Source: Pseudovirgaria hyperparasitica
Lineage: Eukaryota
Length of the DNA: 64,000 nt
NCBI GenBank assembly: GCA_010093815.1
Contig: ML996572.1
Direction: 5' to 3' (one strand)
Shown piece after piece: positions 44,215-58,161 of the stretch. Each line of letters starts with the position of its first letter. The first letter of the stretch is position 1. A program made the position numbers and the translations under genes. Below the pieces are notes generated by a model. That model did not search any database. It saw only the letters and a program-made list of their open reading frames with translations, and was not told where the DNA came from.

Positions 44215-46585
44215 TAGAATTAATGTATAAGCCTAGTAGATTTTAAAGAGTTTTTACATTAGCGAGTAACCTTAACCCTAGAACCTATCTATATTTAATA
44301 AATATAGATATATATAGAGCCTTAAGTTACACGTTACTTAGTAAATAGTCTCCCTTATATTATAGAGTTAGATATATTTAAGAAACTTACTATAAGAACC
44401 TAGCTAAAATTAACTAATTTAGCTATATATAGAGCCTTACGTTATATACTATCGGTAAAGTAATATCCGCCCTATATATTTAATCTAATATAAGTAATCT
44501 AACTAATCGGATTAAGATTATACCGTCTTAGTAATCTTTTATAAGGCGTAGATTAAGCTTATATTCTCTATTAGAATATTCGAGCAGATTGAGCTTGCAT
44601 GGATTCGGATTGTATGTGCCGAAGTCTGTCTACCAGGTACTCTAGCGTTCGTAAAATCCAGACCACAGTCTTTGTTCGAACAGTAAAAGGTAGGAACTGA
44701 GCGAATCAGGTAAAAGGTATTCGTATTTGCCGTTCATAGGTGCAACGAGGTGACCTTGAGCTGACGGGAGCTGAGCTGCGATCTGACTAAGAAAGTTCGT
44801 GAGAACATCAGGAATGACGCCACGACTAAGTACTTGGATTGGTAAATACTTGGTATCGATTGGCAATAGCTACGTCTAGACGCGCTCTGGACCTCACAAT
44901 AGTGAAAAGTTGATAGCTCTGCACTGCAGCTTGCTGTCTTCCGCGCAATGGAAAACGATATACATATGAGTACATGACTCATCCAATCAAAGTGCCCCGG
45001 TACTAGCTCCGGATCAGGGAACCCTACCCGGGGTTCAGTCAGGCATCCTTATTCAAAACTCTATCTTCTCCACTACAGTACAACTTCGTCGTTCCACAGA
45101 GCGCTAGCACTTCTCTCAATAGTCTACTCATATATCAATGTTCTTGTGAAATCATTTGTCAGACACACATATCTACCTAATTTTACGGCGCCCGTTGTCA
45201 ACGAGCCATGCTTCCCGATGGGCTCAAGAAATCAAAACCATCAGTGAACGCAGCTGTTTGTCACCGCTACATGCTCAAACACAACCCAGCGATAACGCGC
45301 TCTTTGACCACACATGACCAGAGAAAGAAGAAACTAGAGCTCAACTGAGCTTCCAGACGTAGTTCGACACACGTGTTACCTCCAGTTACAAACTGCTTTG
45401 GCCGCGATCCTGCCAGATGTCAGCTGCACTCGCGGTGGCTTTATGCATGCTTTTTGTAAGCATAGTCTGATGTTCGCCTATTCTGATGCCTACTTCGACG
45501 TGTATCTTCAACTTCCATTCCTCAGCGTCGCTGTCGTTGACGTAGGCACGTGCCGACGAACATTTTCCAAATTCATTTTGGCCCAGATCCCGAGGGATTT
45601 TCAGCCTTATCAGGGTGCGACAGCTGTGTCGTTTCCAAGCTTCCAGTGATGGATTATCTTCTATGATTTGAAAGATGAACTCCTGGAGTACTGTAGTCGT
45701 CATTTAGATCAAGACGAGTCATACTACCTCAATTTTGTCCTCTCAGACTCTGGCTAATAGTCGCGGAGAACTTTTGAGTGGTATTCGAATCTGCCCAATA
45801 AGGCATGCTCAAGGTGCTATGAACATTCAGGCAAACGAAAGTGTGAGCACGCAAAAAGCGGTCTGGACGTTCAACGTGTGCCATCCACCAACTCTTTGGC
45901 CTACCAGAGGCGTCTGTAAATTTTCCCATGGAGATCTCCCATGACCATCTGTCCTGCAAACTCGAGATTGTTCGACGAAAAGGCTGAACGGCATCATCCA
46001 GAATCTATGGTACCTTCTTATCAGAACGTCGAATAGTCTGGCCAAAGGCTTCATAGCTTTGTGACGTCTTGCTCAGAATTACTCAGCTGGAGGCTGACTG
46101 CTAGCAGTACTGGTCGGTTTGATATCGCATGTACCTCTACTCAAGAGATACAAAGGTTTACAACACAAATACTTTTTAGGAAAGACTTTCTCCGCATATA
46201 CGCATCCTTGTCGAGGAAGTTAAGCTTGTTTGAGAGCTGGTCCACAATGCTTACTGCATGAAGATGCAGAATACAGCAGACTCACCAAGAACGGCCAATA
46301 CGCTGTTTGAGTTCCAGCCTCGAACATCGTGGATAAGGCGCGAGGTTCACCTGGCATGAAATTATTGGTGCGCAGATCAGGAATCTGGAGCGTTCATAGG
46401 TTCTGGCTGGAGATATGCTCCTCGCGAACCTTGTTGGGAGATACCCCCAGAGTCTCCAAGTGACCGTCGGTTATCTCGAGAATATAAAAGTCGGTAAGAC
46501 AGCCGTCTCTTTTGCGCTGATGAAGCCTCTCGATAGTTCTTCTCGCTGCTGTGTTCCTGCTTCTTCCAGGCTCTTGAAGGACAAA

Positions 46586-46976
46586 ATGTCTTATAATTAC
46601 TATTATCCTTGCCAGCTAGGTCAAATTGCGCAATTTCCATCCCAACATCTTCAGTGGACCCGCGATGAGTGCTCGATCTACCGCTTGACTATATCGAGAC
46701 TGAACGAGTATTTGAGGACTAAGTTTGGAGAAGGTCTCAACTTCTATATCACGGTTAGTTCATCATTCAGGTCGATATTCTTGGAAGCTCAAGGCAGTAC
46801 ATAGAGCAAAGAAGATATGTATCATTTCATCATTCCTCGACAGTACAAACTTACCCAGGTGAGTTAAAATAATTCTTGGATGGTCGTAGAGATTTTCCTG
46901 ACATGCTAAGGAGGAGAAAGACCAAGAGTTGGAGAAATATCGGCTAGTTGAAGTACAGCCGCAGTATGGTATGTGA
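46586..46976 (+). CDS. Small hypothetical protein (~95 aa), 3 exons (46586-46753, 46805-46858, 46911-46976)
   Basis: TATAAAA ~46483; canonical introns; spliced product MSYNYYYP...LNEYLRTKFGEGLNFYIT-SKEDMYHFIIPRQYKLTQ-EEKDQELEKYR...*. Confidence 0.65.
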
Positions 46977-47552
46977 TATTTAGGGCTTTCGAGCATGCCA
47001 CATTACTGCATGAGGATATAGGGCGACAAAGTGTTCTGTGGGAGGAGGTATTCGCTGTAGTAGCCTTTACTTTCTATTACGTACTATATCTGATATTATT
47101 ATAGTGTGTTAGTAGAGGAGATATTATAGTGACTATATCGAATTTGGCTGCCGACTTCTAAACGGGCACATTGCATTGCTGCGACATCGCACCCTGAGGA
47201 TCCGGCAAGTGCAGAACAAGCCAATAGCGTCCCATACCCTTCTCAGCCTGTTGCCTAGAGGTCTGCTAGTCTGCATGGGCCGACTGCCTTATTGTACGAA
47301 AGCACGCTACTAGTCCTTCAGTGGGTGCAGAAACTTTTAACTGGGCTCGTAGGCTTACCGGAATCTTCATTTCCCACCTCAAGCACTCGTAGGGAGCCGA
47401 GATGCAGATAGCATCTCATCCTCTTCCAATCATTCATAGACCACCTACGTATGCTACCTAGACATATATAGCTAGCTGCCACGTCAGACTAGACGGGTGA
47501 GGTCATCAGCCTGTTTTGTTTGTTGCTCTTGCTAATGTGCAGACCCTCGAAT

Positions 47553-49780
47553 ATGGCTAGTTTAGAACTATCACTTTTAAACTATCTTGAATTTCCCCGG
47601 AACCTGGTTGAACAGACTTCGTATGATTATATTCTACAAGGTATCTCCACAGTCGCATCGCTTACTGATCCTGGAGCCAATGGTCAGCTTGTCGGGTACG
47701 TTGGATATTGAATGATATATTCCTCTCGAGACGCTGATCGGCCACAGATGGCACCACGATATATCGCTCAAGAACATACTTGTTGTCAGTGGACCTACGA
47801 ACTATAACTGTTATTTCAAACTTGCAGACTTTGGATTGAGCATGTTTAAGGAGAAGGGTCCCTTGGAACAAGTAAAGGGAATAGATACGCGAGGAACTCG
47901 AACGTACTGTACGTTGCAGCATTTGTACTCCATGCGAGCTGTACACTGACCCCTACGTGATAGGCGCCCCTGAAACATGTCGATTTGATGAAACAGATGA
48001 ACGGCTCATCAAATTTGTTACGCAAGCCGTTGATGTATGGTCACTTGGTTGTATATTCAGTGAAGCAGCGGTCTGGGTAATGCATAACGGTATTGCTGGA
48101 ATCAAAGACTACCAGATGCAACGTATAAAGGAGAACCAGCGATTTCCGAACCTGCTTGATTACGGCGACTGCTTTCACAATGGGATCCGGCCACTCGAGT
48201 GTGTCGTTGACATGCACAAGAAGATGATGTCAAATGGACCCAGGAGTTCCAAGGATCAATTAACAGCGCGAGTAATTGAGATTTTAGTGATACCGATGCT
48301 TACGGAGGCTCCCCATGGACGACCGCAGGCAGGATCTCTACCATTCTCTGCGACTCGAGTCATTCATGATTATGGTGGCATGTCCAGCATAACTCCGCCG
48401 AACACGTACGCCGATCATCAAACACCGATACTAAATACTGATCTCGAGGAGTCTAGACCCAACCACGGTGTAGTATCTCCAAGAGACACCAATATATATC
48501 CACAAGAATGTGATATCCAACAGATGCCCGTGGTGCCTTGCACACCATACGAGATTCCAGCTTCCGTACCGGAGGCACAAGCCCGGTGCAGTACCAACAT
48601 ACTGATACTTCGCCTATGATGTTACCTTTCGAACGATGTGGGCCCTCACAAGGTTTCACAAACTTATCTGGATGCAATGGGCCTCCAAGAGATGGTGGAG
48701 TCACCAGCAGCACGCCAGATTCTCAAAGCTCTTCTAGATCTACCCCTCAAGCTTCTCAACACTTTCTAGCACCCGAGCACATCGTGAAGGATGAGGTGGG
48801 TGAGCTAGGTGTCTCATTTTCAACTGGATCTACTCGACGCAGACAGACAACTCAACAAGAGGTGTCTCGCATGGACGTCGAGGAAGCTGAATGGGAGTTA
48901 ATGAGTACCCACACCGGTGGGTATTGGAACATCTGGACCAGACAACGCTCGAAGCGGTATGAAAAGCTGATCAAGAGTGCTAAAGAGACAAGAGGAAGGA
49001 ACCATGTAAGTCCGGACCTTTATTCCTGATTTTATCAGACTAATGTTAGAAGATATACATCATCGACAACTCGAAGAGCATGGATCAATACAAGGTGAAA
49101 GTCAAGAAAGTCATTTACGTTCTGAATACAACGCTACGACATGTTTCAAACAGAGGTAGCTTTGAGTTAATATGCACGTATCCGGAGGCTCGACAAAAGA
49201 TGGACTTGAAAGTGTCTAAGACAAAAGGGATTCTTGACAGAATTACGTTTGAGGGTAATACAGGCATGGCGAAAAAGCTCACAGCAGTGTTACATGATTT
49301 CCTCGACGATGAGACAAGCTTGTCTCCTGGAAAATTCCTCAGGTATCTTTTCGTACGGTCTGGTCGTCCAAAAAATGACAGACCGTTAACGGTGTACATC
49401 TTCACAGATGGCGAAGGTGGCCGAGCTGAAGAGATAGAAACTTTGATCTCGCAATTTAAAGAACGACTAGACGCAAAGTATGTCGAGAGGGGTGATATAG
49501 GGATCCAGATCGTTTTCTATGGCAGAAATGCGACTGCAAAGAAAGTATTGAAGCGGGCTGACTCACCGCCCATTGCTAAGAACACTACAAAGGTAGCTCT
49601 GTACGACTTATCCTACATGATCGAAATGATGAAGAATTCTAACACTCAGACAGCGACGTTGTCGACATGGAAGCCGGAGGAGCCAGTGGAAACTTTTTGA
49701 AGATAATACATGGATCCATCAACAAGGATTACGATGATGCAGACACTATTATCGAGCACAGTAGTCTTGAATTAAACTAG
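47553..49780 (+). pseudogene. Protein kinase C-lobe + vWA-domain gene; N-lobe absent and apparent frameshift at ~48500-48620
   Basis: Spliced reading: QLVG-WHHDISLKNIL (intron 47696-47747), FKLADFGLS, GTRTY-CAPE, DVWSLGCIFSE, GDCFHNG; then GRNH-IYIIDNSKSM, VYIFTDG, IGIQIV, DVVD...KIIHGSINKDYD; no Gly-rich loop or VAVK found upstream. Confidence 0.7.
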
Positions 49781-51191
49781 CAGGCTGCTTCGGGTTATTG
49801 GGATTATAGTATAGCATCGGAGGCATAGCGTTTGATTTGATTACACAGTGTAACTGCTGGAGCGGGCCAAGTCCTTTAGAGATTCGCGTTTCCGAATAAG
49901 CCATTGGCACATATTTCGTCAGTCACTGATATGGTTTGGGTTGCCTCATCTCATGCCCTACGACACATACCTAGCGTGCTGACATTGTGGACTGTGTACA
50001 AATAATTACGAGGTTTCTTCCATCATGGTACACTGTTACGTGTGACATTCACAGTGTAATACGATACCTACATGTTAAACTCAATACGAGACAAAGCTGG
50101 AACACTCGATAAATCCAATCTACAGAACTTTGCCTAAATAATAGGTCCAAGACGATCGTCTCATGTGCACATACCTATCTCGCTAGCGCCGCTTCTGGGC
50201 AATACAACGTCAGTAACTACATCTCTAGCATGTCGAGGCTTCTATTTTTAAGATGCGGTACTAGTACAGCTAGCTAACATAAGACCGTACTGGGAGATGG
50301 TGTTCCATGAAGAATCATCGGTGATTTTACTGCCTAGACGATCGATTATGAATACTATGAACATGCGAGCGTATGCAAATTAATTCCGTGCAATTTCAAT
50401 TCAAGACTCAATGTTAATAGAGAAGAAGAGTAAGCTCAATCCTCAGCTTATGGAAGGTTATCAGGACTATATAATCTTAACTTTAATTAGCTAGATTACC
50501 TGTATAGAATCAGGTGTAGAGACATAAGTAGATTAAATAAAAGTTACATGTATATACTAACATATATTAGAAACCAAGGCTCTAGATATAGTTGGTTTCT
50601 ACTAGGGTTAGTTCTAGTATTATCTTACTAAGAAGTATAGCTAAACTCAGAGTTACCTGGTATAATCAAGCTTCCTAGAAAAATACCTCTTTGGACGACT
50701 GTTTCTGCACATGCCTCCTGAGTCTGATTATAATGGACGCTCGTTTCGTGATGTGTGACTCGTTCATATAACCACGTGATGATGATTTGTGGCGTGAGTT
50801 TCGTAAATGTGATGTATGTGTGCCGATATAAAGGACAATAGATGCGATCGTGGATGAATCTAGGGCGAGGGTGAGGAACAGGAGGGTGGTATAATGAAAC
50901 GTGGGGTCCTGTAATTATCACTGAATATGTTCCGAGGAGGTATGAGGTGAAAGAATCTCGATCCCCGTGTGGTGTGATTGGAACATCAACATTCAACATG
51001 TTGCCTATGAGGGTGCTCCAATTTATTGTAACGATGGTTGGGGAAAGAACTTGTTAAAGAACTCAAGCATATCTAACACTTCTAAGACTGGATGAAGACT
51101 CAGCATGAAGCTCCTCGGCCGATTGAAAGATCTTTGACCGACGTTCGTCTGTTTAGATCTGCAGGCGTTATCGCCAGCTTTATCAACCTTT

Positions 51192-54100
51192 TCAGGTAAA
51201 CATTTCCGTCTTTATGATATCCTCCGCCTTCCCCGACTGTAGAACCCTGCCCTTCTCCAATACAATACAATAATCTGCATGCTGTACCGCCTCTAGTCTA
51301 TGGGCAATGGTGATCACAGTGCTTTGTTTCATCTCCTCTCTCAATACCCTCTGTATTTCATTTGCAGTGTCTAGATCGATTGATGCTGTAGCCTATGACG
51401 CTATCAGTCCTGAAAACGTTGACACTGCGTAATACATACCTCATCGAGAATGATAATTGAGCTCTGCCGCAACATTGCCCTTGCAAGTCCGACAAGCTGT
51501 CGCTGTCCCTGACTCAAATTTTTGCCGCCTGCTTCGATTGAGGTGTTGAGAGTCCAACCATGACGCTCGGCGATCTTTTTTAACACTTCTTCGCAAGCTT
51601 CGTCGGTGTATTCGGATAAGGGGTCGAGATTGTCGCGTAAGGTTCCTGGAAAAAGAACTGGATCTTGGGCGAGGAATGTCTGCAAGCTTTAGCTGAACTG
51701 CCTCAAAAATAGATGCACAATGGCTTACAACACGTGACCTTAGCGTTTGATGGTTTGCCTCAGCGATGTTAATGCCGTCGATGAGTATACGCCCGGCCTC
51801 GGGAGTGATAGTGGCTAGCAGAGCTAGGGCAAAAGTGCTTTTACCGGATCCTATCAGATGTAAGTAGTGTCCATGTCCAAGTATAAGAAATACAGCTTAC
51901 CTGTGCGGCCAACAATTGCTGTGTTCGACCCAGCAGGAATACGCACCGACACCTCTTGTAAAGCTGGATCTAGGTTCGGCGCATATCGAATTGTTGCCTT
52001 TTCCCAGACGATGTCACCAGCATACGATGGCCACCAGGCTGGCGGATCGATCGACCCCTTGGGTTCTTGCTCAAGATGGAGCATTTCGACCACTCGTTCA
52101 ACCGATACAAAGTCCATCTGAATCGCTCCGTAAATACGACAAAGCAAGTGAGTAGATTGGACGACTGTAGGTATTATTAGAGCTGACTCTCTATGCAATT
52201 GTTGATTGCCACATACATTTAGCTGCGGCGATCAACACAAACGCAGTGAGGCCCGGAGAGACTCCTGAGTAAAGAGCTAGCAATGTAAGGATAAAAGTCG
52301 AGAGAGCTGACAGGCTATCAAAGCGATAGGCAAGCCATGCTTGTAGACTCCAATAGAAGTGGTCCATCTTCTGGAATTTATCGGTGACAACGATGACTCG
52401 TTCAATGAATTGATGCTGTGCGCAGAATGCTGACCCGAGTTAGCAAACAGCGTACTTGATAGGACAGCATTTGCAATACCCCTGATTGTTGTTAGACCTT
52501 CAGCCAGAGCTCCGAAGTTGGAGAGCAACGGCGTAAGGGAGACCATCTGTAGGAATTAGAGCCGATAACCTCCTTTTAGATGTTCGTAGCTCACCTCGAG
52601 CCTTCGTAGACTCTGTGAAGTAGGTAAGAATCTCAGGAATGTTACAACAAACGCAGAGCTCAGGATGACTGCAAATATGAGGAACAGAGGCGTAGCAGTG
52701 GCAACTACGGCGATGGAGGACATCCAAGTAACTCCAGTAAAGACAGCCATGATCAAAATTATGCTAATCTGGCCATCAACGGTATTCATGTCGGATGTAA
52801 GCCTATTCATGAGGCGTCCGACAGGGGTAACATCATAAAAACGGAAAGTCGCGTGACTAACGCTAGCCATCACCTCTTTGAACATGCTTTTTCCGGCCAC
52901 ATATACTACTACCATCGTGAATCCGCGTGCCATCGTGGACAACAAAGCACTAACAATTGCGAGTAGAAGGAAAACCTTGAGCCAGGGATCAACATCTACC
53001 TGAGGAGACGGGAGCTGGTTGAAAAGACCTTTGCGCGCAGTCGAGGATGCTTTGTATGCTTCGCCCCATTCCTTAATAAACCAGGTTTGTAGTAGATCTG
53101 CGATGCGATATATGATCATGATAAGTATTAGCAGCGCCCACCATCTGTACTTGCCAGCTTTGATGTATTCCCAGTACACCTTCGCCTGGACCTCGCCATG
53201 TGCACGATGTTCGTCTTCGATAAACTTTTCAGGAATTGCAGTCTCTTCCTCCCGCTGACAAGCTTGATCATCAGCCTCTAGGTCCTCTGTTATTGGCCCA
53301 CCGCGGATACTTGATTGTAGTCCTGTTGTGACAGGGTCAAGCACTCGGGTCTTGCCATCAATGATTTCAACCCACTGTTTGGCTAGTCCTCGACAAAGTT
53401 GTGTACGATGTGTGACTAGAACTGTGGTACGACCTTCCAGTAGCCGCCCAGAAATACACTTTTGTACTATATGTTCAGCCGTCTGATGGTCTAAAGCTGA
53501 TAGAGGATCATCAAGCAAGATAATCTCAGCAGGACTGTAAACAGCCCTTGCAAGTGCCACACGCGCTTTTTGTCCGCCTGACAAACCAATACCATTCTCA
53601 CCTATGTTGGACAAATCTCCGTGCTTGAAGGTGTTCAAATCTGATATGAGGGCGCAAGCATTCAGTACTTCCTTGTACCGTTCTTCATTATAGGGATATG
53701 TGAAGAGGATGTTATCCCGGATACTCATACTTTGAAGCCAAGGTGTCTGGGCACAATATCCTATGTTCTTGTTTGGGCGTATCAGTTCTCCTTCTGATTG
53801 ATCTAGCTCCCCCAAAATGGCTTGGAGTAAAGCAGTCTTGCCACTGGCAACTTCGCCGTATATGACAGTCAAACCACGAGGGAACTTCAGTGAGACGTCA
53901 CGAATGACCGACTTCTTACTACCCGGCCAGGAAAAGGTGGCGGACACCAACTCTACGTCCATAGCATTGTCGTCATGAGCATCTCGCTCTGTTCTTTCTG
54001 CTTCAAGCATATACGCCTCCAAACGATTAACAGCGACAGTTGCATTGAGCAAGACGGTAATGAGGCCGGGTAGCGCCTGCAGATTCGAGATTACTATCTG

Positions 54101-56177
54101 GAATAGGTCAATAGCCGGAAATGCGATGTCTACAGGCAGTGGCATCTGAGCAAGAGATGTATATGCCCAAAATGCGACAACGGGGAATAGAGCACCGGAA
54201 GCCTCAGTCAGGAATCCGATGAGAAGGTTCCACAGCCCAGATATGACTCGAAGGTTGAGTTCATGTTGCCTTGCAACAAGAATTTCCTTCAGCCAGGAGT
54301 CCTGCCAGCCATACCATCGTAAATGACGAATAGCCTCGACGAACTGCGTGACTTTCTGTAACTTTATGTCTGTAGCCGTACGACGTTTGTTCTCCCAGTA
54401 TATGAGTATCTTGGCAACCAGGACATTGAGTAGCTGTGCCACGATGACGACAGCTGTCCCTACGATACAAGGCCACCCTATTATATTCCACAGAAGAACT
54501 ATCGAGAGAATAAGACTCAAAGGTTGAGTAACTAGTGCCGGGAACTCCCAAAATCTGTGGTATTGTTAGATTACGATATTATTCCCTCGACGACACCCAT
54601 TGGCAAACCTTTGAGCGATTTCATAAGCGTCGTTACTAGAAACTGTTAGTCACTACAGACAAAAAACATGAAGCACAAAGCGGACACATACCGCATCAAG
54701 TTCAGGATCTTTCCCATGGAAGCTGGCGGTATCACAGGGGAGGCTTTTTGGGGTTTCTTTTTGGCAAGGATATGTCTCACCATGGCGATGACTTTCGAGA
54801 ATCCTGATTTGGGCGAGTTTGCGGACTGATTCTCCTCATTATTGCTGGCCACAGGTGATTCGATTCTGGCATTCGTGTCTTCTACGATCGAGGGCTCATG
54901 GGCATGAATGACTTTACGCTTCAGTGTTTTGTCAAACAGCATGGTGATAAGCTCGCCCCTTGAGCGCTCATATGCGCGTCTTGAGTACCATAGATTGAAC
55001 ACGCCCGACTGTGCAGCAGCTAAGCGTACGACTAGTGAGAGGATTGCCCAAGTCATCGCACTCGATGTATCTGGGCCGTCATCCTTTCCCATGGCCCTCA
55101 AAAGTTGCTGCAGCAGTAGCGGAGCCATAAGATCTATCCACAATTAATGGAGAATAAACAAGGCGGACTATTCGACCTACTTGCACCAAGCTCTAATAGA
55201 GCTAAGGTAGTGATGATCAAAAGATCCAACCCGTTAGCCCGGAGCAACCTTCCGATGACTGAGCCTTTCAACTCGCAGAAGTTGTCGAAGAGCCTCCGAT
55301 GTTTGAATTCGTAAGGGAGATCCCAGACATCATCATCGTTAAGCTGACGTTTGTAGCCAATCGATATCAAAGGCGACATCCATGCAACAGTCATGTACTC
55401 CCATAACGTCAGCTTGTCTTCTGGACTCCGTAGGCTCGGATTAGGTGTTGCATACACAGGTGCAATTTCTCCTGCCGGTGCTCGAGGATCACGAAGTGGC
55501 ATCCACAATATGATAATGATACCAACGACGGATAGTACTAAGCTAACAACGTCAGGTAGATTCTGGAAACGTTCCTGCTTTGGAACATAGATCAAAGCTA
55601 GTGTTTTGACAAGGCATATTACGATCAAAATACTCAGTATCGCGAAGGTGGTGGTCTGTGGGCGATATACGATGAGAATCACACAGCAAGCAGCCTAGTC
55701 ATCAGTCATTATCGTAGACGGTACTGAAGGACTTGTATTCATACCCATGCGACTATGGGATACGCGTCAGAGACCGTGACACTTGGAAGGATAGCTTCCA
55801 ACACCTGTGCCAGTAACCCTGCGAGGCAAAGTACCAGCAAAGCGATGAAGGGGTACGATCCAGGCTTCTCAAGGGAGTGCTTTGATAATTCAGCCTTTGG
55901 CACGGTTTCTTGGACGAATTGTCTCATCCATTGTGGTCGGAGTGGTTGAAGGAAACGCGCAAGGCAGACAAGAAGCACACTACCTGTGAAGCCTGCCAGT
56001 ATCAATGCCAAGATGCTCCGGGCATCGTGTGGTTTCTTTACTGTATACTGCGACCCATAATACTTGCCAGATTTTAGAAGGTAACATTACATTCGAATCA
56101 TGTATAGAACGCACCAGGTCGGTAAGATACTCAGGCGCACCAATCAATTGGATTGCGACCTGCTGAACGTATCCCAT
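51192..56177 (-). CDS. ABCC/MRP-family ABC transporter (Ybt1/Bpt1-like), multi-exon; start codon uncertain
   Basis: NBD1 GEVASGKT, LSGGQKARVALARA, LLDD; TMD2 FYDVTPVGRLMNR; NBD2 VGRTGSGKST, LSQGQRQL, ILDEATASID, ITIAHRL; stop at 51192-51194. Confidence 0.92.
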
Positions 56178-58161
56178 TTACGCTCAATATCAATTACGAA
56201 CGGGTTTTGTGTAACGTCGGTCCGCTTTGAGATGTCGCGTATCGTACAAAGTTGGAGGGAAACAGCGATTCGTCGGATTGACTGTAACTTAAAAAGCAGT
56301 ATCAACGGCGAAGCGACGTCTCTGAATTGTCAATGCCAGATTCTCTAACGCGTTGAGGGACAATCGAGTTTCTTGACCTGACGCGATCAGACAATCGTTG
56401 GACGGTCACAACGGTGGCGGTGACATTCGAATGTGGGGCTGGCGCCTGGTATTCGTTCCTGCCTGAGGCAACAGTATAGAACTAGATGCCTGAGCCCGCT
56501 GAGTCATCTAACAGCTTCCGAAAAACTTCTCAACAACGAATTCTTAGTGACCGGCAACACGGTTTTGAAATATACCAGGTATTCGGTTACAACTCGACAC
56601 ACTCACAGTAACGGTCGAACCAAAGACATGGGGCCAAGTTCACGGTGATCTTTGCCTTCTTAATATGAGGACCGAGACTAGAAGTATCTACCAAACAACC
56701 GACCGACCATAGGTACTGTAACCCACGAGGGAGATCTGCAAACCGTCCTTGCTTGTCTCAACTCTGAAGACCCTTGGACCCTTTGATTGTGTTGAGCCCA
56801 GTCGCGCGTTTGACATGCTCTCAATTAGATAACTACCAACCAACGAGCAGGACACTATAACGGTTCCTTCTATAGACGGTATTTTTAAAGGGCAACACCA
56901 ACAACATTTCTGAAGAAATGGCTCTACGTCTACCTCAGGACATTATAGCCAAGTTAACGTGGAGTTTGCATACTCCCATGTCCGAACTCTTCAACATCAT
57001 TACAAACACATTGATCGCTTGGCGCTTGGCGGGGTGTGGAGTGAGCCCTGAGCACAAGCGGGCCGAGGCTGACGCCGTAATCCGGATCATATGCCTCTTT
57101 CGAAGTATCACTCCGGACGCAGAAACGTCTTTGTGTATATCAGGAGTTCAATCCTATCAACAGGTTCGATTGCTTCCATGGATCCTGAGCTCGTCCACTA
57201 TTCCCAGACTTTTTACCAAATCTCACAGGCGAGAGTCGGAGTCCTGACTGCCATGTGATCTCGCGAGTCAAATCCAGAAAGCAAACACAGGTGAACAGTC
57301 GTACTGGCGCAGCAATAACAGATACCTACGCTGGACTGGATAATCCCCGCAATCTTGGCAGAGCTGCAGTAAAGACTAATTTAGCACCTGAACCATCGTG
57401 GATTTTCTACTAAAACATGCAGCTCAACACAATCCCATACCGAACAGCGCTACTGTAATGCCTCGCAATCAACTTATTATAGTCACGCAAAACGCCACTG
57501 TTCAGATGTCAGCGGCTTTTACACGGAGCGACTGTCAAGTGATCACCACGAGGGTGTTTGCCATTGCATCTAAGCAAGAATTCCCGCGAATCTCCTCCCG
57601 TTTACGGCGAGCTAGCTCCCTAGGAATCGCTTCACTTGTAATCATAGATGATGGGATACCCCTGCAGCCGCCTCTGCTGATCTTGCGGGGAGAACAAACG
57701 ATGTGGCTTCACACCTCATAGACGCCGTTGAAGTTGCCACCGACACCTAGAGAATATTGTCGTCCAATGGTGCTACGAACACATCCATCAGATTCAGTTC
57801 CTTGGAAGGGTAGTGGTAATACCGAGGCAGGGATTCCCCACAATGTAAGGTTATTGGCTGCCAAATGCAGTCCAAAAGCTGCGACAACAACAGGTCCGCG
57901 ACTGGCGGCGACATACGCCATTATCCATCAACTTCGCGAGACGTATACCAACTCCCCATTTGGGTCAAGACGGTCGAGTCAGTTCCCTTGATCGACTATG
58001 AAATATATCTGGAATTTCACGTGGGAGTCCTGACTTTCAGATATAAAAGGGGGCCTGACCCTCTCCATTTCCACAGCATCAAGCACATTCAGACAGACTT
58101 CCAAGCATCACCACTCTCAATACCACTCGCAACTACCAACGGCTCGTCTTCATCAGTCAAA

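Larger units (their letters stand above)
19079..44628 (-). mobile_element. hAT-superfamily DNA transposon (native length ~3.5 kb), RIP-mutated, expanded to 25.55 kb by nested insertions
   Basis: 21-bp TIRs cagacttcggcaYatacaatc at 19079-19099 and 44608-44628 (1 mismatch); 8-bp TSD tctaccag at 19071-19078 and 44629-44636; transposase relic inside. Confidence 0.93.

Noticed and set aside
44267..44285. Telomere-like taacct/taaccc units
   Set aside because: Only two or three imperfect units inside RIPed hAT sequence.
19079..44628. Starship or other giant cargo element
   Set aside because: No tyrosine-recombinase captain seen; the block is fully explained by hAT TIR/TSD plus nested retroelements.
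44642..46450. Possible degenerate minus-strand gene (weak CorA-like hints such as GHGRSPW)
   Set aside because: Fragments lie in different frames with no convincing motif; cannot be supported without BLASTx.
56400..57860. Short ORFs between the ABC transporter and HsbA, and at 58800-60000 and 63190-63900
   Set aside because: No recognisable motifs, codon bias or splice structure; treated as intergenic.
57865..58161. N-terminal extension of the HsbA ORF, and likewise 18574-18945 for the heme protein
   Set aside because: Each extension spans a TATA box and 5'UTR-like sequence; downstream ATGs have better context and, for HsbA, begin a signal peptide.
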